A stretch of 64,000 nucleotides of DNA from Eledone cirrhosa (lineage: Eukaryota): positions 21,576,001 to 21,640,000 of the forward strand of contig OZ024761.1 of assembly GCA_964016885.1 (NCBI GenBank). Direction: 5' to 3'. Positions 52,682 through 64,000 of the stretch are shown piece by piece. Every line of letters starts with the position of its first letter. The first letter of the stretch is position 1. Made by a program: the position numbers and the translations under genes. The notes beneath the pieces were generated by a model. It ran no database searches, was not told the origin of the DNA, and saw nothing but the letters and a program-made list of their open reading frames with translations.

Positions 52682-53114
52682 ATTACATCATACAGTCTTA
52701 ACGGAAATATAATCATTGTTGCTTTTGAAACCTCCCATACAATTCTGACAGCTATGGTTTTCTTGGCGTGATTTGAAGGTTGTAGAACGGAAGGTCGGCC
52801 TGTAAGAATTCCTACCCACAATCACACCCTACCGTATTGACAAGAGAGAGAAAGGCTAGATAGCCATGACTGGAACGTAAGATTTACTTAACCAGTGTCA
52901 ATACTGACCTAGGGCTAAACAACAACATTGCTAATGTGTGGTGATAGGATTATTATCGATTACGTAAAGGAAGAAATAGGTTTAAGAAATTGAGATTTTT
53001 AGAATATTAATTTAATATATATATATGTGTGTGTGTGTGTGTGTAGTTGACGGCCAAGAAAGAGGAGTACTCAATACCGATGTAGAGTTTAAATATTCAT
53101 TTTATTAAGGCTAA

Positions 53115-53245
53115 GTTAAGTAGTGAGTCTTGTTATTCTGGAGTTTCGCCTATTCTCACTGGGTCATCTGGTATTGAATTTTAGTTGTCAGATGAACCCG
53201 TGAGAAGCAGGTGAAACTCCGAAGTAACAAGACTCACTATTTAAC
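53115..53245. other. Inverted pair of degenerate hammerheads (CAGATGA core) forming a hairpin
   Basis: TTGT-CAGATGA-ACC...GGT-GAAA-CT ccga AG-T-A-ACAA at 53185-53230, with an imperfect reverse complement at ~53128-53172. Confidence 0.6.
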
Positions 53246-53564
53246 CTGAATAACGTGTATATATATATATATATACACACGAATTGTTATGGTTGATGCA
53301 TTGAAACAGTATAAAATATGACAACGAAGGGGTTATATCTATCGTGTGTGTGTATGTATATCATCTGTCAGCATTTCTTGCATATAATAATATAGTCGGT
53401 AGTGAAGCCGTGGGAACTGGGTCAAACCTTGGTGACTGCATTCTTTGACAACTTTTCTTTTGTCTAAATCATCTTGTCTTCTTTCGTTTTTTTCTTTCTC
53501 TCTTTCTCCTAATATATATGGATATCTGATAATTTTAGGTCCACTTTTCCATGCTTAGGCAGGA

Positions 53565-53598
<34 letters not shown>

Positions 53599-54048
53599 CA
53601 TCACCATTTAATGTCCATTTTTTTCATGCTAGCATGGGTTAGACGACTTGTCCCATTTGAGACAAGTCGGATCAGGTGACTGTCTTGTTCATACAGAACT
53701 GTTTCTGGCTTGGTTTCTATGACTGGATGCCCTTCTTAACGCTAACCACATTTACAGTGTGGACTCTGTGTTTTTTGTTGTGGCACCAACGCAACCACTT
53801 TACCAGGTGTTTTTTGTTGTGGCACCTACACAACCACTTTACAGGGTGGACTGTGTGTTTTTTGTTGTGGCACCAACACAACCATTTTACAGTGTGGGCT
53901 TGGAGTTTCAGTGGATCATATTTCAGCCTGCCCTCATGGGAGGGTGGAGTGGGGCATACTGTATATATGCTTCAGCTTCGACCTGTAAATAAATAGTTTG
54001 TGGTGACATATCTAACATTCTCTTATATAATCTCTCTTATTCTTCCAG

Positions 54049-54162
54049 ATGTTCTCAAGCCGTCAAACAATGAAGTTTTATTCGTGTTTTCTGGCAATTC
54101 TTCTCTTTGCCACATCTTTATGTTCAGCCATTCCTAAACCAAAAGAGAGAGTTATTGATAAG
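54049..54162 (+). CDS. CALU: Calumenin/CREC family, first coding exon (signal peptide; ATG at 54049 or 54070)
   Basis: cttccag|ATG; MKFYSCFLAILLFATSLCSAIPKPKERVIDK|gtaaat. Confidence 0.85.
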
Positions 54163-54504
54163 GTAAATTATGTTGACTATGTTTTTTTTTTCTAACTTTT
54201 CAATCCCTTCTAATACAAAAGCACTCAGTCCAGGAATTTACAACCTTTGGATTGTAAACCTAACAACTGCCCTCACAGTTCTATGGTACAAAGTTCATAT
54301 TTAGATGTAAACTTTCCATCATAATGTAAGAATATTTCCTTGTTTCAAACACCAGTTTAGAAATATGTGATGGAAAAGGTAAAGACCTTCATTTAGTAGA
54401 GTGACCACACAGATTCTGTGTCCATTACCACACCAATTCTTTTATCAAATGTCACATCTGTGTGTCTTTTTATTATTAAAATTTATTATTTTTTTTTTAC
54501 CCAG

Positions 54505-54635
54505 AAATTGAGTGAAATAGACCACGAGGCTGATGGAATCCATAACCCTGACTATGACCACGAGGCCATCCTCGGTAGAGATGATGCCAGGGATTTTGAC
54601 CAACTTTCACCAGAACAAAGCAAAGAGAAATTGGG
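54505..54635 (+). CDS. CALU: Calumenin coding exon 2
   Basis: KLSEIDH...[12 protein letters not shown]...[14 protein letters not shown] (CREC signature YDHEA); GG|gtaagt. Confidence 0.93.
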
Positions 54636-54838
54636 GTAAGTTTTTATTCATCATCATCATCATCTGGTGTGTATGTATGTACTTTTCTGGTGTGAATGTA
54701 GGTACCTCTCTGGTGTGTGTATGTATGTACCTCTCTGGTGTGTGTATGTATGTACCTCTGGTGTGTATATGTAGTATATATATCTGTGTGGGTATTCATT
54801 GGTATGTTTATATAATTCTTCTCTCTCTGATTCTTCAG

Positions 54839-55035
54839 AAAAATAGTTGACAAAATGGATAAAGATCACGATGGCTCTGTAACTGAGACTGAACTGAAGG
54901 ATTGGATTAAATATGTCCAGGATAAATACATCATTAATGATTCTAATGAAAGGTGGAAAGAATACGAATTCCAAGACGCCGACAAACTGGACTGGGAAAC
55001 ATTTAAAAAGAAGACATATGGCTTCACCAATGAAG
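54839..55035 (+). CDS. CALU: Calumenin coding exon 3 (EF-hand DKDHDGSVTETE)
   Basis: ttcag|A AAA ATA; donor G|gttggt. Confidence 0.92.
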
Positions 55036-55998
55036 GTTGGTTTAGTTGTTTTGTTTGTTCTATTATCTTACTAGTGTTAGGAACAGCATCACAGCAGGTC
55101 GAGGTCATCTGATGTCTTACTGCCATAGAAACTATGTTGAGATGGGGAGTTTGAGCAGGGCCTTGTCATCTGATGTATCTAGTTACTCTTTGTTTGGCAA
55201 GCATTCTACAGCTGGATGCCCTTCCTATCACCAACCACTTTACAGAGTGTACTGGGTGTGTTTATCATGTAGATCACCAACGCTAGGGAGGTTGTCGTGT
55301 CCTTGACACAACTAAAGGGTCCTCCCAACCCTTTGTTTGGCAGGGTTTCTACTGTTGGATGCTCTTCCTATCACCAACCACTTTACAGCATGTCATCATC
55401 ATCATTGTTTAACGTCCATCTTCCACGCTAGCATGGGTTGGACCGGTTTGTCCCACTTGAGGCAAGATTGGTCGGGTGACTGTGTCTCGCTCATATAGAA
55501 CTGTTTCTGGCAGGTTTTCTACAGCTGGATACCCTTCCTAACTCCAACCACAGGCTGGGAGCCTTTTTGCTGTGATTCCTACATGACCACCTTACAGTGT
55601 GGACGTGTGTATATGTATATATATATATATAGAGAGAGATATACAGATATTTCAACTATATAGGGATGTAGTATATGGCGTTGTAACATATATATATGTA
55701 ACACACAGATATACCAGTTATATACTGGTGTAACACATAGATATACCAGCTATATACTGGTGTGACATAGATATACCAGCTATATACTGGTGTAACACAT
55801 ATATATATATATATACCAGTTATATACTGGTGTAACACATAGATATACCAGCTATATACTGGTGTAACACTTATATGTAACATGTTAAGTGACACAGAGA
55901 TTTACACCAAGTTTATTGCAGATAATGTTTAAATGAAAACCAATTAGTTTCTGTGTTTGCTAATTAATTACCGTCTCTCTCTCTCCCCCTCTCTCCAG

Positions 55999-56165
55999 AC
56001 ATCAAGGCAACTGACGAAAAAGCTGTATATAAAGAAATGATCGGTCGAGACAAGAGGCGCTGGAATTTTGCTGATTTAGATAAAGATAATCACTTAACAA
56101 AGACGGAGTTTATGCACTTCCTTCATCCTGAAGAGGCTGATCACATGAGAGAGATTGTTGTCTTG
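55999..56165 (+). CDS. CALU: Calumenin coding exon 4
   Basis: ctccag|AC; MIGRDKRRWNFADLDKD...EFMHFLHPEE..HMREIVVL|gtaaga. Confidence 0.93.
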
Positions 56166-56790
56166 GTAAGATATTGTTGTCACTGTCATTATCATCATTT
56201 AACTTCCGTCTTCCCTGGTAGCAGAGGTTTGTTAAACACACACACCTACACTCGCCTGCTTCAGCACATTCAGAACATAAGCTGGCGACATCTGACTTCG
56301 AGAGAGATATATGCCAGCCTCCCACGCATATCTGTCATTGTACGTAAAAGGAGGAGAGTAAGATTTGCTGGCCACTGCCATCGTGTCACCTATGGGGCTG
56401 TTTCCCCATTAGTACTTTGAAAAGCACAAGCAGTCACTAGTAATGGGGGTACAAGCTTTCCTACCCCGATGTCATCTCCAGAGATTCTGGTATTGAAATC
56501 CAGGAGTTGGCAACGACAGACCCACGTGGAGATCAATTGTTGAGTCCATTTCGGCTGCGGCTGCCAGATGATGATGTAAACATTTCAAAACTGTGCTATT
56601 GGAGACCAGTTGGTACTCAAGTTGAGCCACAGGTGGGCTGGGGGGCCCACACATACGATCCCCCATTCTATTAAGTGCATTTTATCATGGTCCGAGTCCA
56701 GCACCCTAAGGACTAAACCATACCCCTTCATATGAGTATAAAATTGGTCTGTCTGTAGTATATCATTTAATAATCTTTACGAAATTGCAG

Positions 56791-56851
56791 GAAACCCTCG
56801 AAGATATTGACAAAGACAAAGATGGTAAAGTCAGCCTTGAAGAATACATAA
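56791..56851 (+). CDS. CALU: Calumenin coding exon 5 (EF-hand DKDKDGKVSLEE)
   Basis: ttgcag|GAAACC...ATA A|gtaagt, 61 nt, ends in phase 1. Confidence 0.93.
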
Positions 56852-56898
56852 GTAAGTGACTTTTATTATAATCTGTGAAGTATTACAAATGGTAATTA

Positions 56899-57813
56899 TT
56901 AACTCTTTTGTTAGCAAACTGCCTCTCAGTTCCTAATTAATGGGGGTGTGGGTAGTTGGAATAAGTGGAGGTGCGTGATTTAGTGGTTAGTGAGTTGGAT
57001 TCACAATCGTGAGGTTGCAAGTTCAATTCTCATGCCGGGTGATGTGTTGTGTCTTTGAGCAAGACACTTTATTTGCTCTTTCTGCGAGGAGTTGTGACCG
57101 GTAGATAGTATCAGCAATGGAAATATTGTTTCCTTTGTCCGATTTGACAAGGTCCACCACACTCAATAAGTGAATAAGGTCCGAGACCCGAAAGTATATG
57201 AAACTGTTTCTTTTAAAGTGTTTATTTATCTAAAAACATTCCATCATGATTTTATGTAAGAACCTCCTTAGTGAAGTTACCTTCTCAACAGCAACTTAAT
57301 AATGAGAAAGTTATATTTCTAAATTATACCGGACCTTTGATTAGTTTTTTTAATTATTTGAAAATCATTGGCAATGTCTTTTATCCTATATTTACCTGTT
57401 TTAAAAGAAATGACAAGCAGGAAGTGAAAGTAGCCCAACTGACTGGTTTTGTCGCAGAACTTTCAATATACCATCATGGTGAGGCTTCACTTATGAGCAC
57501 AATTTTCAACGTAGCCCAGAACTTTGTGGGCTCCAATAACATAAATTTACTTCTGCCTATTGAGCAGTTTGGAACCTGGTTACACAGAGGCAAAGATGCT
57601 GCTAGCTCCCGTTATATTTTTCCACTATTAAGTCCTGTGACAAAGGATATTTCATCCTAACGATGTTCCCATCTTGCAAAACCTCTGACGACAACCAGAA
57701 AATAGAACCCGAATACTATATTTCCATTATTCCAATAGTATTGGTAAATGGAACTGATGGCATTGGTATAGGATGGAGTACAAAAATTCCAATTATGGTA
57801 ACAAAAGAGTTAA
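56899..57813. mobile_element. TTAA-flanked family B MITE carrying a SINE insertion and a TOP2 fragment
   Basis: 15-bp inverted repeat TTAACTCTTTTGTTA / TAACAAAAGAGTTAA; family B-like internal sequence at 57197-57380. Confidence 0.6.
57388..57797 (+). pseudogene. TOP2: DNA topoisomerase II fragment (active-site Tyr region), frameshifted
   Basis: FTCFKRNDKQEVKVAQL..YHHGEASL..AQNFVGSNNINLL..GKDAASSRYIF..DDNQKIEPEYYI.IIP.VLVNGTDGIG.GWSTKIP; frameshifts near 57640, 57685 and 57791. Confidence 0.9.
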
Positions 57814-59105
57814 TAATGAGAAAGTTATTTATATAAATTCCTTCAAATTTTGGGTTATTTTCAAAATTATTTTTATTGTTGTTTTGATGTCTTAGAAAGC
57901 AGGTGAGACAAATGAAGGTCTGTGTGTATTTATTTGTCCTGTGGCGCTGTGTTGGAGGTGGCACATTGGCAAGAATTGTTAGAGCACTTTGTGGTTTTCT
58001 TCCAGCTCTCCTCATTTCTGAGTTCAAATCCTGCCAAGGTCAACTTTGCCTTTCATCCTTTTGGGCTTGATAAAATAAAGGACCAGTGGATTGACAGACA
58101 TGATGCTTTACAGAATCTAATATGGCTCTCTGCATTCTGAGTTCAAATCCTGCCTCTTTTTCTTCTGCCAGGAGTTGTGATAGTATATGTAATGGAAACA
58201 TTGTTTCCTTGGTCTCATCTGATGATCAGCTCCTTTCTTTTTCTATTCTATGTTGTCATTTTAAAATTGTTCCAGTTTGTCACTTTACTTCTCCAATCCA
58301 GTCCAGAAGATGTCTGGTTCCATCAGAGTTGTCTAACATGCTAGACCTGTCCCAGTATACTCCAGCACCGGAGGGAGGGGAGGGTGGTGTCTCTAGCAGA
58401 GCCCATTACTGTTGACACTGGGGGAGGCAAGGGCTGTTCTTAGCAGAGTCCGTTACTGTTGACATCAGTGGGAGAGAGGGGGGGGGGGTTGTCCTTAGCA
58501 GAGTCCATTACTGTTGACATTGGTGGGAAGGGAGGGGGGTGTCTTTAGCAGAGTCCATTACTGTTGACACTGGAGGAGAGGGTGAATCTGTAGAAGAGTC
58601 CACTCTGCTGTGAATAAGTCAGTATTCTGGAGGTCTGTTAGTTTTCTACTGCAGAAATCTGAATTGTTTTCCCTTCCTTATCCCCACCACTGCCCTACCT
58701 CCACCAAAGATCCTAATGACCACTTCTTCTCCCAACCCCTCTCATATTTTCAAAGATCCACTGAAGGTCCTGGCTACTGTTTCCCCACTGCCCACTTCAC
58801 CCTTTTGTCTCAAATGCTGTATTATGGCCAATAGCTGAAAGTCCTTGTCAAGTTCTTGACTCTATCTACTTGTCACACCAGTCTAAACACCTTATAAAGG
58901 GTCCTAGCTGTTGCTTCTTTTCTTCCCCACCCACACCAGTTTCAGTCCCTCCTCCTGTATTGGTCATGGCTCTGGGTCAGGGTTTAGGGTTAGCCTCCCC
59001 TCCCCCTTTCATGCCCCACCCTGCTGATATCTGCTGGATCTAGTGGTGACAATTTTGTGTAATAATTCTACCATTAATTGGCATGTTAACTTACGTTGTT
59101 CCTAG

Positions 59106-59317
59106 CTGATATCTATGGGAATGAAGATGAAGATGATGAGGATGATGATGATCCCGACTGGGTGAACGAGGAGAAGGCGCAGTTCCACAATTTCCGTGAT
59201 AAAAACCATGACGGCTTTTTGGACAGAAACGAGGTGACTGAATGGTTAATTCCCGAGGAGTTAAATCATGTTGACACCGAAGTCAGTCACCTCATGAGCT
59301 CGTCTGATCTAGATCAG
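59106..59317 (+). CDS. CALU: Calumenin coding exon 6a (mutually exclusive alternative)
   Basis: cctag|CT...CAG|gtgtgt, phase 1->0; DIYGNEDEDDEDDDDPDWVNEEKAQFHNFRDKNHDGFLDRNE...SDLDQ. Confidence 0.82.
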
Positions 59318-60040
59318 GTGTGTAGTTAGTTAAGGGTATTGCCGGTGCAATGCACGAGAAACTGCTCAACAAACTTATAGAATCTTAACACTTCCAGGCA
59401 TATTTCTTATGCAAATATAACTGAGTATATAAAGGAAGTATATTTAGAACGCAACGACCCAAGTTTAGATCTGAAATAAAAACAGAGGCTTTGCCGTAAC
59501 ATGGACTAAATATTATAGTCTAATAATGGGGCCTAGAAACCTACTGAATGCTCCATTATTAGCCTATATTAGCCAATCTTACTGTGAAGCGTCTATTTCT
59601 GTTGACTGATGGGTCGACAATCTTTTGGCACTTGTCTACTACCAGACATTTTACTGCTGAATAAAAACCTTGGGAAGGATTTAAGAATTATAAAAGCCCA
59701 ACGAAAGAAACATCCCGTGGCCATTGAAGGATTTGTGCAAAAGAATAAAATTATTTATGTCAACATGGCTTCAACAAGGGGACTAAATGAGGTATTTTCT
59801 TCTCAATCTATTATATAGAACAAACTGGATTTATATGAAAATTTTAAAAACGTTCCCTCTGAAATCTACATATAAATATATATATACATATATGTGTGTC
59901 TGTATATACATATATATGTATATATATGTGTGTGTGTATCTTTTTAAAAACTGAAGTTTTGTGTATTCAGTGAGTTTGTTGAGCAGATGTTTTTGATTTG
60001 TTTTTGCTGTATGTTTTGATGACGGCTTTGCCATTTGTAG

Positions 60041-60243
60041 GTGACATGTGGCCTGGGGATAAGGAGGGCGAACAGGAACCTGATTGGGTTAAAGGCGAGC
60101 GTGAACAGTTCTCCACCTATAGAGACAAAAATGGTGATAAAATGATGGACAAAGAAGAAGTGAAGGACTGGCTTCTTCCAACTGATTATGATCATTCAAT
60201 TGCCGAAGCAAGCCATTTAATTTTTGAGTCAGATGTGAACAAG
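60041..60243 (+). CDS. CALU: Calumenin coding exon 6b (mutually exclusive alternative)
   Basis: ttgtag|GT...AAG|gtttgt, phase 1->0; [39 protein letters not shown]...[14 protein letters not shown]. Confidence 0.92.
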
Positions 60244-61958
60244 GTTTGTAACAGTGACCAATAACTACTGCTTGTCCTAGCCCTTCTTTAAGGTTTCTCT
60301 CATTGCACTTACCCAACAGCAGGCTGGTATTTTTAAAAAATCTTTTTTTTTTTATCTAATTTTAAAATTAGGTTTTAAGAATTTTCTCTTCATTGTCCTT
60401 GAGACTTTCTCTGCCCTTAAAACACTGTCTCTATTATGTTATTTTCATGGAGTTGATAAATTATTGCCCCTCTGTCTCCTAACCAGTGAAGGCTGAGTGG
60501 TTAGAGAATTGGATTCGCAATCGTGAGGTTGCGAGTTTGATTCCCGGACCAGGCAATGCGTTATGTCCTTGAGGAAGACACTTTATTTCATGTTTCTTCT
60601 ACCTAGAGTTGCGACCGATAGATAGTATTAGCAATTGGAAAGACCAATGTAAACAATGTTTCCTCGGTCCCATTTGACGAGCTCCACCCCACTCGTTAAG
60701 CGAATGGGGTCTGGGATCTCGTCGATTGATTGTTATTATCTCCTAATCAAACTTTATGAAACAGTAATACCTGGATACTTAGTATTAAAGAAAAAAGCAT
60801 CTTGAAGGAGCGTATACACTGTTGCTTTGTTGTCTCAAATCATAGGCTGGAGACAACATAAGATTCTTAAAGAAATATCGGTACCTTTAGTAAGGTGTAA
60901 CAACCACCACCTAACCCCATCGGTACCTTTAACAGGTTGTAACAACTGCACCTATCCCCTTTAACAGGGTACTCCCTATCATTGTAAACATCCGGATCAC
61001 ATCTCTACTTTTTAAATTTAATTAAATATTTAATCAGAACCATTATGAAATATAATTAGTTTATTTAACTGTTTTGATATGAAGGTCCTTTAGAATACCT
61101 CTGGCCCTATCATACAACAATCCCCTATTTCATTTCAGATTTCTAGTAAATATGTCCAAATTTTAAATGAAAAAGTTTCATCTAAATTTTTACTAAATCC
61201 CTTCAATGTTGCTGACTATTTTAATCCTTTAGCATTTAAACAGGCCGTATCTAGCCAGAGTTCTCTCACCTCTTTCTGTTCAAACTGGCCATGACTGGCT
61301 GCTCATACTTATGTTAAGGTATTGTTCTCAAAATAAATAACATCAAAATCTCGTAGATATTATATTATGTGAGATAAAGCATTTACCATAAAAATTCAAT
61401 AGTATATATAGAGTAATGTAAATGTTATGTGAGATAAAGCATTTACCATAAAAATACAATAGTATATATAGAGTAATGTAAATATTATGTGAGGTAAAGC
61501 ATTTACTGTGAAAATACAATAGTATATATAGAGTAATGTAAATGGTAAAGGGTTAAAAATTAATTGAAACAGATTAAACAACAACAACAACGATATCTAA
61601 ACATTGTTTCTTTTCTCTCCCTTCTCCCTCCAACTACTTTTTTTTAGAAATATGGTCACAAAACTGGTTCTAAATAGTATGTTACATTTTCAACTCTTTG
61701 AGTGCCACCAATGCTGTGTTTTCATATTTTACTCATCCAGGCTGGCACTATGGCTTAATTCTTGCATTTAAATAAATAATATATAGAAATAAGATAGATA
61801 TTTTGATCAAGGATGTACCATTAATATCTGTGGTACCCAGAGGATGGGTAGGAGATCATTATGATGAAATTTTTGGAGGGTTTAAACATTTTATTAACTC
61901 TTAATGTCCTGTACCTCATGAAACTGCATTAGCAAGGAATTCTCTATTATATTAAATA

Positions 61959-62535
61959 CTAGCAGTGGTACCCGGCGTTGCACAGGATAAAAGTTGGATT
62001 TTCTTTGCTCACGGTATGAAGAAGAGACTGACTAATACATAGTTACAATTTCAAGGAAATCGGTCTGACGTAACGCCTAAAAAAAACCCTAAAAGGCTGA
62101 AAAGAACGCAGATCAAAAAGTTGAATTTATGTGCATATCACTCCCTGAAACAAGTAATACACATGTAAAGTTTGAAAAAAATCAGTTGGGTATTTCTCAA
62201 GTTTTAGGGATTCAAACTCACACACACACACACAGACAGACATTCTCAGGGAAGTGACGTAATGCAGACAGCAAGACATACAGACAGATATTATAAGGGC
62301 ACGATGTTATATGTATGTATCTATCTAAAAAGAGAAAGACTTATAATTATAGAGAGAGATCGCCTAATGCGGTCCTTAGGGCATTGAAAATTTGAAATTT
62401 TTTTTGCTCAGAACACTCCCTGAATCAAGTATTACATGTGTAAAGTTTGAAAAGACTCGGTTTGATGGTTCTCGAGTTTTAGGGATTCAAACTCACACAC
62501 ACACAGACAGACATCCTCAGTTTTATATATATAGA
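61959..62535 (-). mobile_element. Non-autonomous Helitron-like element
   Basis: On -: A|TCtatatatataaaa start and a 3' GC-rich subterminal motif gcaacgccgggtac then CTAG|T; internal duplication with (CA)/(GACA) microsatellite. Confidence 0.7.
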
Positions 62536-63142
62536 TTAAAGTATTGACTGTAATACTGTAAATTTTCACAACAGTTTGTCCACTAGTAAAGATACTATAA
62601 ACATTTGAATTAAACACATTAACAAAACATTATTGAAAAGAACAAAACAACACTATAACTATTGCATTAAAGTCTTTACTCTAAAACTGCAAATCTTCAC
62701 AATTTGTCCACTAATAAAGATAGTATAAACATTTGAATTAACATAATTAGACGTTAAACGGCAATGATGGTGATGAAGCATTTAACTAACTTCCAATATC
62801 CTGTACCACATGAAATCACATTAGCAAGACATTCTTGAAAACTACAAAACAACATTATGACTCCATCACATTAAATATTCTAGTATTGACTCTAATACTG
62901 CAGTTTTTTACAACAATCTGTCCAGTAGTGAATATACTATAAATATTTAAAATAAATTATCTGTTTTTAGATATTTTATTTCTGCTAAATTATTACAGGA
63001 TGTTAAGAGTTAAAATGTATTGTTTTATAATTTTCTAGTTTGATGTAATCAGTAATTATGGTGACAATGATGATGATGATGATGATATTTTTGGAAGGTT
63101 TTAAAATTTAATTAATTATTTTTTTCTTTACTTTTTATGCAG

Positions 63143-63247
63143 GATGGCAAATTATCCAAAAATGAGATATTGGAGAAATACGATCTGTTTGTTGGTAGCC
63201 AAGCCACAGATTTTGGTGAAGCTTTGAAGTCGCATGATGAGTTTTAA
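63143..63247 (+). CDS. CALU: Calumenin last exon, C-terminal HDEF
   Basis: atgcag|GATGGC; [34 protein letters not shown]. Confidence 0.95.
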   Translation, partial: DGKLSKNEILEKYDLFVGSQATDFGEALKSHDEF

Positions 63248-64000
63248 ATAAAAAGAATCTCGTTCTCTCTCTGATATGTATGTATATATATGTATGTATA
63301 TGTATATATATATGTGTATATATATATATCAAGAAATCACGTGTGAAGAAGAAGAGGACAAGGTGAAGAACAACAAATATAAAAGAAATGAAACCAAATC
63401 GAAATGAGAGGTCCCTCCCTTTACACAGTCATCAATTTTTGTATTTTGACTTTTCCTCTCTCGTATAAATGTGAAGATGCTGATATATACTGGATATAGG
63501 CGGAGATGGTGACAGACTGATATATAGGCGAAGATGGTTACAGATTGATATATAGGCAGAGAGGGTCTCATACTTTCCTCTCATATAGATGTGGCGATGC
63601 TGATATAGACAGATATGGTCGCACACCTCTTATGGCAATGTTTAAAGAAAAAAATAACTTTTTTATCTAAGGAATTGGTGCTGTACTCTCTAATCTCACA
63701 TGTGAGTTGGTGGTGGTGATGGAGTGTTCTTCACATTAACTGGAATGTAAATACTTACAAATTATCATTTGGTCCCATGTCTCTATCAGAAACCATTATG
63801 AAGGGCAGGGAATTGGCTGAGTTAGTAGAGATTAACAGTATTTCTTCTGGCTCTTTATGTTTTGAGTTCAAATCCCACCGAAGCTGACTTTGCCTTTCAT
63901 CTGTCCGAGGTCAATAAGATGATTAAAATACCAGTCAAATACTAGTGTCGATATAATCGACTTTCCTTTTCACTACAAATTGCTTGCCTTGTGCCAAATG

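Noticed and set aside
58974-58993. Telomere-like gggtttagggttag
   Set aside because: Only ~2 units, compatible with chance

Overview
This is AT-rich, microsatellite- and transposon-dense animal genomic DNA. The repeat landscape suggests a cephalopod such as octopus, but that is inference. Three spliced genes can be rebuilt with GT-AG boundaries and consistent phases. (1) A Smac/DIABLO-like gene on the - strand (5 exons, 22660-15820, ~253 aa) lacks the canonical AVPI motif. (2) A prenylcysteine oxidase (PCYOX1-like) gene lies head-to-head with it on + (5 exons, 23132-30435, 481 aa, ends KAEL). (3) A calumenin/CREC gene on + (coding 54049-63247, ends HDEF) has two tandem homologous, phase-locked mutually exclusive exons (59106-59317 and 60041-60243). 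The non-coding DNA holds at least seven type I hammerhead ribozyme motifs with intact cores plus several degenerate ones, all in short elements lodged in (TA)n tracts and often in inverted pairs. Other notable structures are a decayed TOP2 fragment inside a TTAA-flanked piggyBac-like MITE, a twin-primed LINE insertion, a foldback with two convergent tRNA-like heads, and many minisatellites amplified from transposon pieces, including a 3.9-kb 48-bp array made from a MITE end. Most ORFs in the supplied track are translations of simple or tandem repeats.
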